DNA of 64,000 nt, taken from NCBI RefSeq assembly GCF_036971445.1, contig NC_091469.1:417074001-417138000 (forward strand), read 5' to 3'. The notes beneath the pieces are model-generated. The model saw nothing but the letters and a program-made list of their open reading frames with translations. It had not been told where the DNA came from and ran no database searches. How positions within the stretch are numbered: the stretch's first letter is position 1; every line of letters begins with the position of its first letter. A program made the translations under genes and the position numbers. Shown one piece after another: positions 25,723-39,347 of the stretch. This DNA comes from Narcine bancroftii (lineage: Eukaryota).

Positions 25723-27143
25723 CCATATGTGATGGCATATAAAACCCCCCTTTTTCATAAAAAATCACTCCAAAAATGCCCCACTGGTCTTATATGCAAA
25801 GGTGACATTTTGGTGCCACCATCTTGTGTTGCGATCTGAAATACAAATATAGTGGAAGCTTTTATCCGCAAGATGGCAACAGGAGGAAAGCACTCAAGCT
25901 ACACTATTTCATACAAACTAAATCGTAACATATGCTAAGGAGCTTGGTAATAGAGTGGCAACTAAATTCTTTGGAAGACTGCCTGCAGCAAAAATGATAT
26001 GTGCATGAAGAAAGCAAGAAAAACAGCTACAGACTGCTAGAAAGGGTAAATGTCCACCCCAATTTTTTGTCCACCCCAATTTGAAGGGGAGTTAAAAAAC
26101 TTGATTATGAAGACAAAATATAAGAATTTCATAAATTTGTCATAAATGCATGAAAAATAATTTGTTTTAAACTGAGCCAAATAGGGGACATGGATAATGT
26201 TCCAGTAACATTCAATGTTCTATCCAACAAAACTGAGTGTTAAAGGAACTAAAAGACTCAAAAAAACAACTACTCTATAGTGGTTTCGGCCTGTTATGCT
26301 GATGGCACAAAACTGCCACTATTTTAAATAATTAAAAGAAAAACTTGCCCATAAGAAAAAAATACCATGTGGAATGTTTGTTACATGTTCATCCAAAAGG
26401 CTGGATGGATGAAGCTGGAATCAATTTATGGTTACAGAAAATATGGTGAAGGTGTCCTGGTGGACTTTAAAAAAACCTGCACTTCTGGTCTGGGATCAGT
26501 TCAGGGAACACAGAACTGAAGCAGTTAAAAAAGGTGGGAGAACTGAAAACTCAGATAGCTGTCATTCCTGGAGATCTGATGAGCCATTTGCAGCCTTTAG
26601 ATGTGTGTATAAACAAGTCATTTAAAAATAGCATGAGGGAACACAGGAACAAATGGATGGGAGAACTAAAATGAGCAGTAAGAGCGAAACGTCCCATCAT
26701 TACACAGGTGTGTGAATGAGTGAAGACGTTGTGGGAAAATGTAAGAGCTGGAATTATTTTAAGAAGTGTGGAATTACTAATTCCCTTGATGGAACGAAGA
26801 CGATGTATGATTTGAAGACATTGACACCGGCAGTAGTGATGATGAGTCTTTGGGCTTTGATAGTGATGATGTTGATGAATGTTGAGGCATTGAAGATGAT
26901 TAAATTTTTTGTGAACACTAATGTTTCCCAAACATTTTATTCTGTTTTTGTTTATGATAGTTACATGTCGCTTGTTCTCTTATAAAGGGGTTCTCTTATT
27001 AATTACAGCAGTATTATTATTAAAATGATTTTTACCATTGTCCTAGTAGCATGTTTTGTCCATGTTTTACCTTCCTAATATTCTCTGCTAAAATGATGGG
27101 GGTGTCTTATATGCTCAAAGGTCTTGTATGCTGTCAAATATGG
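25723..27143 (+). mobile_element. pogo-family DNA transposon with both TIRs, internally deleted and decayed
   Basis: TA|ccatatgtgatggcatataa ... ttgtatgctgtcaaatatgg|TA; DDE_1 remnants KGWMDE, LLVWDQFREHRTE, LQPLDVCINKSFK, FKKCGITNSLDG. Confidence 0.85.
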
Positions 27144-27308
27144 TATCCTCTGTGTCACGTTGTGTATAACTCACTATACTATTACTATTTGCTTACATTA
27201 ATAGCATTAGTCATACAATCCCTACATAAATCTGCCAATATTTGCTCATCAATTGCAATTGTTATGAACTAACAACTCTTGCAATTATTTTTGCGACTAA
27301 AGGGACTT

Positions 27309-28483
27309 TGTTGGCACTAACACAGGAAAAACATTGGAAAATTCACCAGACAATGGTAAATTCAAAATAATAGTTTTTTTTAAACTAAACTATTAATAAA
27401 GTAACATTTCTTACTTATCTCTAAACTTAACCCCACTATGCACAAATGTAAATGTAAATTAAACTCCAACTCTGAAATGTCAATCTTTAAACGTTCAACA
27501 TTATTTTAGTCTTGCTTGAAGATCTTAAATTCTCAGTTCAGAAATAATTATAAAGCACTTTTAAACATCATATCTTCAGGCCTCTTGACTCACATTTCTG
27601 CTTTCCACACAAAGAATCTGCCCTCCTCTCAAAGAGGCGGCAAATGTGGCTATTTTCTTCCATGATTAATTCATAAACCCAGAAAAGGGTTAAACAAATC
27701 TGGTTATCTTCTTTCACAATGATGTTACAAACCAGACAAGTATTAAATAAAGTTGCCATAAAAATAGACCCAGTAGAAATCTGTCCTCTTTTCCAAAGAG
27801 ACAGCAAAATGGTCTTCCTTATTTCAAAAGCCACTGATTCTGTGTTCTTCTTTCCCAAGGAGTAACACACACAACTGCACAAATTCTGGTTACTGTAACT
27901 CAACCCTGTCTTTCACAAGGTTTCAACCCCTGCGTGTCACAGCATTTTGACTTGAGTAAACTCCAAACTGAACTGATTAAAAATGTCTGTATTCGATAAT
28001 TATAGTTCTCCAAATCAGGTGACAGAGGGGTTTTAAACAGTTGCCATCCTCAGTTTTTTGTAAACCATGTGATCTTCATACTTCTGCTCTGTAGATGACA
28101 CAACTCCGAAAAATTACCTTATTTCTGTTCCAAAGGCTTAAGTATATCACTCAAATGGCTCTATTTCATTTCTTATGGTCAAGAGGCCTTGTGGTTTAGT
28201 TTAAAAACAGATGGTTCCTTAGCAGTTTTTAATGAGTAATCAAGACCCACTTCAAATCCATTAGCTCTATCCTCCCCAGATACGTCAACTCCGAGAATGA
28301 ACTCTCTTCTCTGAAAACAATGGTTCTCTATAAATGTGCTGTGACCTGTGTGAGACCCTGTAAATACACACCTAAATACTAAGAATACAGATACAATATT
28401 TTAACTATAATTTACTTTACTAAGACATTTATATGAGAAATATACTTTAACATTAAATTAAAGTTTAACACAAATCCATTACA
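27309..28483 (-). mobile_element. Probable long LTR-like element
   Basis: TGT...ACA ends; non-coding; organisation similar to 2397-3210. TSD not found. Confidence 0.4.
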
Positions 28484-31400
28484 ATATTCTGATCTATTTC
28501 CCACCTCTGTCTAGACTTATGAACTCATTTAAAAGTTCCTACTTGTAATAAAGAGTATATCATAGAAGTAAACTTTTTAACAATTCCTCTTTTAATAAGG
28601 AGTTCTACTTCTGTACAACGAGGCAACAACATGGTTGGTCCTAACTTATCCCTCAAATATACTCTTAGTTGAAAATAACAAAAAAAAGTGTTGTGAGTTA
28701 CAACATATTTATTTCTCAATTGCTCAAATTACATTAATTGACCCCTTTCATAACAATCTTGAACATTTATAATCCCCTTATGAGACCAAATATCCAAAAA
28801 ATTGATTGTCCTTTGAAAAAGATATGAGGATTTTGAATCAAAGACATTTTAGGCGATATACATCCTCTTACACCAATTTCATAATTTATTGCACATATTA
28901 ATCAAATGTTTCAATATTGTTTTATCTTTATCACCAACCATTAATTTCAATTTCCCCTTATATATAAATTCTTGTGATTTTCTCTCTCCTATTTTATTCA
29001 ATTCTATTTTAACCCAACCCATGCTGATTTTTCTCTTTCTCAAAAAAGAAGCAAGAAATCTTATTTGTGCCCCTTGATAATAATTTTTTTAATTAGGAAG
29101 CTGTAGGCCTCCCAATTCATATTTCCATTAACTTCTCTATAGAAACTGGATATTTTACCTTTCCAGAGGAATTTCTTTACATATGTATTCAATTATCGAA
29201 TATAATTTTGAGGTATTAAAATAGGTAATGTTAGGAAAAGATATTGTATTCTGGGATTATATTAATCTTAATACAGTTAACTCTTACCACCAAAATTATA
29301 GGTAAATTAATCAATTAAAAATATCTTTCTACATCTTAAGTCATAAAAATAATTAAATTTACATAGATTTTCAAATTATCTGTATGAATACCTAAATATT
29401 TAATACCCTCTTTTGACCATTTAAACTGAGTATCCCTTTGACATTGAATATAATCACCTTCCGTTAATGGCATAATTTCACTTTTATCCCAATATATTTT
29501 ATAACCTGAAATTTTCCCATATACTTCCAATTTAATGTATAATTTCCATAAAGATGTCTCAAGCTCAGTCAAGTATATTATATTAGTCTCCAAATCAACT
29601 AATTTTATGTTCTTCTTGACCTACTCTAAATCCCTTAATTTCTGAATCTCTCCGAATTGCTTGAGCAAGATGTTCTATAGCGAAAATAAACAAATCTGGA
29701 GATCTAGCTAATTGAAACAGTGCAGATATTTGTCTGTTAGTCACCACTTTAGGTTTAGGATTATTATAGAGTGCCCTAATTCATTTTACAAAGTTTGATC
29801 CAAATATAAATTTGTTCCCATACGTTAAACAAAAAATCCCATTCCAATCTATCAAACACTTTTTCTGCATCTAAAGCCACTGCAACACTCAATCAGCTTT
29901 TTTTTGCGCTAAATGAATTATACTATGTAATCTAGCTACATATTCTGACAACTATTTCTTTTTTTCAAAACCTGTTGATCCATAATTAATTAATTTAAGC
30001 AACAATTTAGTCAATCTATTTTCCAAAATGTTTGCAACAATTTAATAATCCACATGTAATAATGAAATAGGTCTATAAGATGAAGGTTTTAAAGGATCTC
30101 TATCCTTTTTAGGAATCACTGTAATTATTGTTATTGCTATTGAAAATGATTCTGGGAGAGCATGGGTTTCTAAATCCTGATCTAATACCTGCATAAATAT
30201 AGGAATTAATGAATCTTTAAATTCTTTATAAAATTCAGGCAGAAATCCATCTTCTCCCAGAGATTTATTACTCTGTCATGAACCCACGGCTTCCCTCATT
30301 TCTACCTCTATAAAAGGAATATTCAGTTCAGTCTGCTCTTCCAAACTTAGTCTAGGCAGCATTATCTGAGATAAATAACTATCTATTTTATTTTCATCTT
30401 ATAAAGATTTCAAACTATATAATTTTAAATAAAAATGTTTAAATCATTTATTTATTTCTTAAGGCTTATAAGTGACTACATTAGTGTCCTTTTTGATTGC
30501 ATTGATTATTCTCGAGGTCTATTCCACCTTTAATTGCCAAGGTGGCTGCAAGTCTAATTCCAGTAATATTTCATGTGCCAGTACACATCTCCAGCAACTC
30601 AAATAGAAGGAAAATTACAAATAAAAATTGAATATATACTCCCAATATTTATAACTATATTGATATAAAAGAAAACCCTCCCAATAAGTGTTGTTTAAAT
30701 ACACAAAATTACCCCCCACCACCCACATAACACACATAATCCCACAACTCCCCACTTTTCCCAACTCCCTTGGTACATTTAAAACATAAAGTGTAATTAA
30801 CTAATTACCCACAGTTAAAATTACTTCCTGGAAATCAAAAAGCAAGAGAGAAGAGAAAAAATAATTCTTATTATTTCTTCTAGCTTACAAACTTCCCCTT
30901 TTCCAATAATAATGAAGTAGGGAAAAAAGAAATACATAATTCATCCCATCAAAGATACAGTCCCATCTTCTTGGAGCTGCACTTTAGGGAGTCTCCAAGC
31001 AAATTCTTCTGCTTGAGCAAAGTTAGAAAATAATTTATTTTGGTCTCCAGGCACAAAAATCTTCAAAGTCGCAGGGAAGCGAAGAATAAATGTATAACCT
31101 TTATCAAAAAGAACATTATTAACTGGATTAAATTATTTCATTCGCTTCATTCAGATCAGGAACCTTCTCTCTATTTTGACGATGCAGAAATTTAATTAAT
31201 ATAAAATGGGGTCTTTGATTTGGAAGATACTTTGGTCTCAGAGCCCTATTTCAATTTCTTTCAATTTCAATTGGATTTTCAAAAATTTGCTCTCCCAAAA
31301 CTTCAGGAATCCAATTTTGAAAAAAAAAAACAAATTACATCAGGACCTTCTTTTCCAACCGGAAGGCCTACTAATTTAATATTATTCCTTCTGAAATTCT

Positions 31401-32120
31401 CAAGTACATCAACTTTCTCTAAAAGCTTTTGATTCACTGTAATCAAACTAGTTGTATTTTCCACAGTTGATACTCCGTCTTCAATACGTTGCATATCATC
31501 CTGTATTCTTGAAATTTTCTCATCCTTTTTCTCCAACCTCTTCTTCATTTTATTCACATCTATCATTTTATTTCTTCTTTTATTTGTGCCTTCATTTCTT
31601 TCTTTTCAGCCTTCAATACCTTAAATCCTTTCATTACTTTAAACTGGTACATTATAAATGTGGTTATTCTACTTTAAGCTGTGAAATATTTTTAGTTTCT
31701 TCAATTACCTCCTCGTCCTGTTGTTATTGTTGTTCTTCTTCATCTTCAGCCACCGATCCTCCTCTGGAGCCTGACTCTTCATCTCCAGGTGCTGAGGTAG
31801 AGGTTCCCGACTTCTCAATACTTTGCTGCCCTACTCCCAGATATATCTTGAGTTTTCCCATACCATGCATGTGTGACTTTTCATGCATGTGCGGTTCAAT
31901 TCCGGATTCCTCTCTGACGCCATCTCTCCATTGTTGGGCTCCAGACACAGCTGTAGGTAATCTTTTTTCAGTGGCATTTTTAATGTAAAGTAGAAGTACT
32001 TAAAAATATTTTAAAGATATTAATTCATTTAAAACATTACTTAATTAACACTTTTTAACTAATTTACCAAGGGAGCCAGGACCTGATGTGTTGATCCTAC
32101 AGCATAATGTGATATCCCCC
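28484..32120 (-). mobile_element. L1/Tx1-clade LINE with 5' UTR, ORF1 and internally deleted ORF2
   Basis: ORF1 remnant LLEKVDVLENFRRNNIKLVGLPVGKEG; RT remnants (yrpisll, ldaekcfdrl, YGKISGYKIYWDKSEIMPL..IKYLGI); many stops; endonuclease largely missing. Confidence 0.88.
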
Positions 32121-33088
32121 AACATACCAAATGTTTGCTCCGTTACACATCTGGTTGTCATTCGGTATTCGTGGAATTTCTCCTGGATTCACTTGTTGGT
32201 TTGTTCTTGGCAACCATCAGTTTTGTTTTCTGTGTACCTTGTAATTGAGGAGCTGCCCAATGGTTCTATTTTAAAGTACTAAGAGTTCAAGGTCATCGAA
32301 CAATGAAAGTATTGTGACAGTTGCCAAAGAACATGTACACATCTCCATCAAAATCTTTCTGCATATTGATGCAATGAAAGGTGTAATTGATGAATACTCC
32401 TCAATTCTTTAACCAGGCTTGTGAACCAGAATAGCCTTTTACCGAGGTGTATCTCTAAATTTAAACTAAAATTAAAAATAAATAAAATTATCAGCATGGG
32501 AAGGAAGTTGCACAGATGGTATTTTCCCTGGCTGGTGTCGAGAATACAGTTTGAACATTGGGATTGGTTGCTCAAGATTCAGATTAGAAACTCCTTCAAT
32601 TAATATTTGGAATGTTCTGTCCCATACTGATTATGTCAAGCCAGACATTGATGGAATGTTTGGATATTAAGGAAATCAAGGGATATGGGGTTAGTGTGGC
32701 AAAGTGCCGCTGAGGTAAAAGATTATCCACTATTAAATTAATAATAATTGTTTCTTATGTTTATGTGTTTTAATATCTTACATCTGTAGTTTACTGAAGA
32801 GGTTGCCTAGATTAGGTAACATAGAATTTAACATGCCATCACTGACCCAAAATGTTACAAGATGTCAATTTAAAATGCACAGATACAGATATTCTATACA
32901 AATCCAGTGTCCCTATTATTGATGGAAATGGATTGTTGACTTTAAAACTCTTTCAGAAGAAACTTGTTGTCTATGAAAAGATAAATTCTTCAGATTATTT
33001 TGACAGCTGTTTTTAATATCAAATCTTACATTTCTAATTTATGCCATTCAAATTATACATTTCATGGATGTGTTATTTGTATGTTTAG

Positions 33089-33150
33089 GAAACTTCAAAA
33101 ATCTCCACCAATAATTGATCGAAATGGTATGCTGGCAAATGATACAAGGG
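33089..33150 (+). CDS. ZCWPW2: Candidate alternative ZCWPW2 exon, phase 2->1
   Basis: tttgtatgtttAG|G AAA CTT...AGG G|GTatgt; only the phase-2 frame is open (KLQKSPPIIDRNGMLANDTR). Out of frame with the next exon if both are included. Confidence 0.35.
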
Positions 33151-33221
33151 GTATGTATTATTTTTGGGTATTAGCAAAATAAAGAAAAAGTAAATGAAAT
33201 TTACCATTGGTTCATTTTTAG

Positions 33222-33469
33222 GTCTTTGGCCAACACAAGGTTTTTACCTGCCAGTTTCTCTGAGAGACAAGTTCATGACTTACTAAATATTTTTCAAGAT
33301 GATTCAGAAGATCAGATAAATCCCTCAAAATTTGATGGATCATATTCTAAAAATGTGGGTTGGCTAGCAAGAATCACACCCAAGAAGTACAAAAAGGCAG
33401 AGTTTTCAAATCAAGACAAATACTTTTGCACAAAAAGTGGAACTTGTTGGGTACATGCCACTGAGGAAG
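33222..33469 (+). CDS. ZCWPW2: ZCWPW2 linker exon, phase 2->1
   Basis: ttcattttTAG|G TCT TTG...GAA G|GTaaat; 248-nt open frame SLANTRFLPASFSERQVHDLLNIF...CWVHATEE (ORF 33226..33477); phase matches exon 38171. Confidence 0.7.
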
Positions 33470-33482
33470 GTAAATGAAACAG

Positions 33483-35265
33483 ATAGAAACATAGAAGATA
33501 GGAGCAGGAGTAGGTCATTTGACCCTTCGAGCCTGCTCCGCCATTCAACGAGATCATGGCTGATCTTAAAGTTCAGTACCCCGTCCCCGCCTTCTCTCCG
33601 TTACCTTTAATACCCTTATACTGAAGAAATAGATCTAATTCCCTCTTAAATAGATTTAATGAACCTGCCTCTACTGCCCTCTGTGGCATTGAATTCCACA
33701 GATTCACCACCCTCTGGGTCAAGAAATTCCTTCTCATCTCGGTCCTAAATGGTTTGCCTATTATCCTCAAACCATGGCCCCGGGTTCTGGATTTTCCCAT
33801 CATTGGAAACATCCCATCTGCATCCATTCTGTCCAGTCCTGCCAGAATTTTATAGGTCTCTATGAGATCCCCTCTCAATCTTCTAAACTCCAATGAGTAC
33901 AATCCCAATTTGTGCAATCTTTCCTCATAAGTCATTCCTGCCATTCCAGGTATCAGCCTGGTGAATCGCCTCTGCACTCCCTCCATTGCAAGAACATCCT
34001 TCCTTAGATAAGGTGAGCAAAACTGCACACAATACTCCAGGTGTGGTCTCACCAAGGCCCTGTACAGCTGCAGTAAGGTATTCTTATTCCTATACTCAAA
34101 CCCTCTTGATATGAAGGCCAACATACCATTTGCCTTTTTTACCGCCTGCTGTACCTGCATGCTTGCCTTCAGAGACTGGTGTACTAGGTCTCTGCACTTC
34201 CCTATCTCTTAATCTATTGCCATTCAAATAGTAATCTGCCCTCCGGTTTGTATTACCAAAGTGGATAACCTCACATTTATCCACATTGTAGTGCATTTGC
34301 CATGTATCTGCCCAGTCCCTCAATTTATCCAAATCACACTGGAGCTTCCTGACCTCCTCTTCTGTGCACACAACCCCTCCTAGCTTAGTGTCATCTGCAA
34401 ATTTGGAGATATTACATCCAATCCCCTCATCCAGATCATTAATGTAAATTGTGAACAGCTGGGGTCCCAGTACAGATTCCTGTGGCACCCCACTGGTCAC
34501 CGCCTGCCACTCAGAAAACGAACCATTTATCCCAACTCTTTGTCTTCTACCTGCCAGCCAGTTCTCAATCCACATCAATACTTTGCCCCCAATCCCATGA
34601 GCCTTGATTTTGGAAGCCAGTCGTTTATGCGGGACCTTATCGAAGGCCTTTTGGATGTCCAGGTACACCACATTCACTGGCTCTCCCCCATCTATTTTAC
34701 CTGTCACCATCTCAAAGAATTCCAATAGATGTGTCAAGCACGATTTACCTTTTGTAAATCCATGTTGACTCTGTCCGATCCCTTCTCTGCTAGTCATATG
34801 CTCCGCTATTACATCCTTAATAATGGATTCCATCATTTTGCCCACTACTGATGTAAGGCTCACCGGCCTATAATTCCCCGCTTTTTTTCTACCCCCCTTT
34901 TTTAAATAGTGGGGTAACATTAGCTACCCTCCAATCCATGGGTACTGATCCTGAGTCTATCGAGTTCTGGAAAATAATTCTTAAAGCATCTGCTATCTGA
35001 ATGGCCACTTCCTTAAGTATCCTAGGATATAGATTATCAGGCTCTTGGGATTTATCTGCCTTCAATCCCATCAATTTCCCCAAGACCATGTCCTTAGAGA
35101 TACTGATTTCTTTCAGTTCCTCCCTTGCATTAGTCTCTATGTTTCCCAACATCCTTGGGAGGTTATTTGTATCCTCTGTTGTAAAAACAGAACTAAAGTA
35201 AGAATTTAATTGCTCTGCCATTTCCTTATTCCCCATTATATATTCCCCTGATTCCAACTGCAAAG
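33483..35265 (-). mobile_element. Young 5'-truncated CR1 LINE
   Basis: Three overlapping frameshifted ORFs cover NYRPVSLTSVVGK, YLDIQKAFDKVPH, GVPQESVLGP, KFADDTKLGG to the C-terminus; ttctat tail at 33483-33500. Confidence 0.95.
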
Positions 35266-36309
35266 GATATGATGGCATTGCTTAACAGACACATGAACAG
35301 ACAGGAACTAGAGGATATGAACAGGTATATGAGATTAGTTTACACTCAGTATCATGGTAGCACAGGCAGGATGGCCTGCAAGGTCGGTTCCTCTGTCATA
35401 CTGTTCTATGTTCTATAAATTGAAGTATGATCATCTGGTGTGATATCTGAAAATGAAAGATTATAACTTCTTGCACCAAAGGCAGATTCTCCATCCCATC
35501 AATATACTGTCCTTCAAAACTTTCACATATTGACATGATTAAGGAAAACTAGCACTGAAGGTTCCATATCAGAACAGATCTAGCTTCAGAATCTACAAAA
35601 TCTATTGCAAGTTCATTTTGGCTCATTGGGTAAATATGGATAGGACCACAACTGCTTGAAGTCAGGTTGACTGGTTTCTTTAATCTTTCTATTTCTATCT
35701 CCTTCTGGATCAGCATAGAGATCAGCTTATACATCAACCAACATGCAGTTCACACACACATAAAGATTTTTTATGTCCTTTTCCACTGAATAATAAAGGC
35801 AGTAACATGCACTTTCATAAAGTAATCACACTGATGCATGCTTAAAGTTGGAAGGGTTAGTGATGGCAATTGGATGATCAGAGAAAGAGAAGTTTAGTGC
35901 TATTCTTTTGCCAATAATCTACATGATTATGCACTATGAAATTATGTTTGTCTCCTGAAGTGCTTTCAAACTTTATTTTTACATAAAAGGATGGTGTACT
36001 GTGATAATTTATTTTGGCCCACTCTGTTTATTCTCCCAGGCTACTATTATGAAAAGAAATGTTGGTTTGCAACCACAATCATATCACAATATAGTATACT
36101 GTTCAACTCCGATTATCTGAAATTGGACTCTCCGACATCCTCAGTTATCTGAAACTTTAAAAAAAATTTCAGTTAAGTGAGGATATCCAAAACAAATCAG
36201 AAATCCTCATTAATCCAAATTTTTTTTGGAGCCAAATTGACTGGGGATGTCGGGCTGATTATCTGTGTCAGTGCTGCGCAATTTCTCGGCAAAAGGAGTT
36301 TTAGGCACT

Positions 36310-36725
36310 CCTTCCATCTAATAGTCTTCAGGTCACCCTTGGGGAAGATGTAGTACCTGTTCATCCTCCCAATCAGGGCCACATGAAGCCATGGTTGCAG
36401 ATTGTGGGTGGTTTTTTACATGCAGATTTTACAAATTGGAATTTATGGTTGTAAAACTAAAAATGCTGGGGAGATGAATCTGCTGATTAGTGGCAACGGT
36501 TACCCATTCAGTGTGGACACTACAACTGAAGAAGGCAACAGGAAACCACTGCAGTATTTTTCCCTTGTATAATCTTGAACTCAACATCAACTACTGTCTT
36601 AGCTCAAAGATGGAGCCTTCACCGAAGGAGAACAGGGGTGGTACAATTACAATTCAGAGGGTCAGGGGTGGTGATGGATTGAGAGACATGATCACCCACA
36701 CCGAACAGCAAGGCACCTGAATGAA
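36310..36725 (+). mobile_element. RTE/BovB-related short element
   Basis: gaagaaggcaacaggaaaccactgcagtatt resembles the Bov-A/RTE motif GAAGGAAATGGCAACCCACTCCAGTATT. Confidence 0.45.
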
Positions 36726-36959
36726 TTAATATATGATTACTTGAGTGTGAGACCACTAGGCATACTGGTGATGTGCTTTATCAACTCAGGCAACTCTCCA
36801 TACAATGCTTATGCAGCCTTAATTTGATTTGACATGATAAACCAGGTTACAGAGGTGCTTATAAAGGCTTTGTATCCTGCCATTATCTTAGCTTACTTTC
36901 TTTTAGTTGGAACTTTGTCCATTTTTAGAAAAAAACATGAGAAATGCATTCTAAGTTTT

Positions 36960-37685
36960 TGTGTGAAAAAGACAAAGGAGATGATTGTGGACTTCAGGAG
37001 GATTGAGGTCGACCATTCTCCATAACACATCAATGGTTCCGATGCTGGAAGCACAAAATTCATTAGTGTGCTTATAAAGGATGAGCTATCCAGGACTCGC
37101 ATCATTTCCTCATTATTCAGGAAGGTGCAGCAGTGTTTGAGGAGGGCAGTGCTACCATACCTCATCTTGATCATCTTCTACAGGAGCATAATTGAGAGTG
37201 TCCTGTCTGGCTGCATCTTTGCATGGCATGGTAGCTACAAAACATCAGGCTAGGTCAATATAGAGGATCGTTAAAACAGCTGAGAAGATCACTGGGGTCT
37301 CCCTTTCCTCTATTGATGACATTTACTGGGAGCATTGCTTAAATCGAGCTCAAAGAATTATTGAGGATCCCTTCCATCCACCACATTGTATTTTTGACCC
37401 ACTACCATCAAGAAGGAGGTACAAGAGCATCAAAATCAGGACTGCCAGGCTGGGAAATGGCTTCTTCTCATAGATTGTGAGATTGTTGAACAATGACCTG
37501 TAACTGAGTAAATCAACCCAAAATATGTATTATTTATGTATTCTATACTTTTATTTTAAATTATTTTTATGTATATTTGTGATTATTTTGTACTGTGTAT
37601 CATGTGTGTTTGTGTATGCACCATGGTCCGGAGAAATACTGTATCGTCAGGTTGTATACAGTCAGATGATAATAAACTTCAAAGT
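36960..37685 (+). mobile_element. Rex1/Babar 3' fragment
   Basis: KTKEMIVDFRR, FYRSIIESVLSGCIFAWHG, IIEDPFHPPH..LPSRRRY. Confidence 0.85.
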
Positions 37686-38170
37686 TTAATTTTTGTAAGG
37701 ATAAAACATACTTAATAAGATGTATTGCAACTTAACTTTAAGGGTCTCTGAGGCACGTGAATGGTTCTGTCTGTGGTGAATTACCAGGATTGTGCCAAAT
37801 TTGAGCAAGAGCTTTCTTTACATTGTTTATTAAATTCAACGGCAGGAAATCCCATCTATGAGCTTAATATTTATCTGAAAATACTCATTCTCTGCTCTGC
37901 TCCTGGCATGGAGACAGTCAGCCTTCAAAATTTATTATTATGTTTTACATAAAAATACAATTATTCAAGGGAAGTAAATATTTTAAAATGTAATGGTGTT
38001 CACATTGTTGAGTATTCACAAATTTATTAGTACTCTTGCATCATTTCCATGTATGTATCTTAATCAAATGAAATTATTTAGAATTATTTGTAAAAATTTT
38101 GGTTCAACATTTACAACCACTTAAATATGCTATCTTTGTTTGAGAGATTAAATCAAAAATATTTCTTCAG

Positions 38171-38304
38171 ATATTTTGCAGGCAGAAGATTTATTACAGG
38201 ATTTGGAAAAAATGCTGAAGCAAATTAATGAATCTGACAAAGTTACTGGTTCACTTATGCTAGAAAAACAAGATAGTGACAAAAAACATGGTCAGAAAAA
38301 CAAG
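38171..38304 (+). CDS. ZCWPW2: ZCWPW2 penultimate coding exon, phase 1->0
   Basis: atttcttcAG| and AAG|GTaagt consensus sites; (D)ILQAEDLLQDLEKMLKQINESD...KNK resembles recalled human VVCETEVLLKELEQMLQQ. Confidence 0.85.
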
Positions 38305-38589
38305 GTAAGTTCACAAGAGACATTAAACATCAGAAAAACATAATGGAGCCATCATGGTTACCAGGGATAAATCGAAGCTAGGTGCTGAATTACTCATCTC
38401 ATACGATTTCATCAATCTCAGAAGGAAAAGACAATGGGTAACTGATCCATGGTAACCATGTATTACACCAAACTGAAGACTAATCTTCCAGATATTTATA
38501 TAATCCAAAATTTCTGCGAAATGTTTATTTACCTGATTAGTTGACCATTTTCAAAGGAATTATGTTCCTTGCATAACAACATCCAGATA

Positions 38590-38783
38590 CAGTAAAACCC
38601 CTGGTATCTACCACCCATGGTGGTAGATAAGTGAATTTTCTGGTTGCCTGATGCATGGATTGGTAAACTAATAGCGATGAGTGCCAAGTTTAAAACTAGA
38701 CTTTTACCTATTTATTTTCTGCTATTTTTTTTGCAGGTGGCTTGAGGCTGCCACTTGCTTGAATTCCAGATAGCAGGGGTTTT
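38590..38783. mobile_element. Short Tigger-type MITE
   Basis: cagtaaaacccctggtatct ... agatagcaggggtttt inverted ends. Confidence 0.6.
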
Positions 38784-39347
38784 GAGTTGCTTTTGAGTTT
38801 GTGGTTGACAAATGTTTTCTTGATTGAAATTTTAATGTTATGCATGTATTAATGATCATTTTTACCAGATCATCAGAATAATTAGACCTGAATAACCAGC
38901 AAATACATTGATAAATTATAAACTGCTGTCTTGAAGAATGTAATTTAAGAATTAATGCTTTACTCTGCCAACTTTTAGTTGTACCTCTGTGTAATATATG
39001 CTCATTTATTTTAGCTATTTAATTCTTTATTTTGAACAGAAGAAAACTTTTTTTTCAGACAATAAATACAATGTAGGTGTTTAAAAAGTTGTGTATACTT
39101 CCCTACTGGAATGGCATACTACAAAATACGAAGGCAATCTATCTATGCAATGGCATCTTCAAGCAATCATGTATTTAAATCTGGGAATAAAATAGGATGT
39201 AGTTGCATTCTCAATGAGTTATAATTTGTTTTATTATTGGTTAAATAAATTTGAAAATTCCAAGTTCTTTGCCTGGTGGGTAATTGGAAGTTTAGAACTG
39301 GTAGTCCTTGAATAAGTTCTGAACATAGCTAAAGTCTTCAATGTTAT

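Noticed and set aside
31452-31988. 178-aa plus-strand ORF and other short low-complexity ORFs
   Set aside because: Antisense shadows of L1 ORF1 or other TEs, or chance ORFs with no recognisable protein signal.
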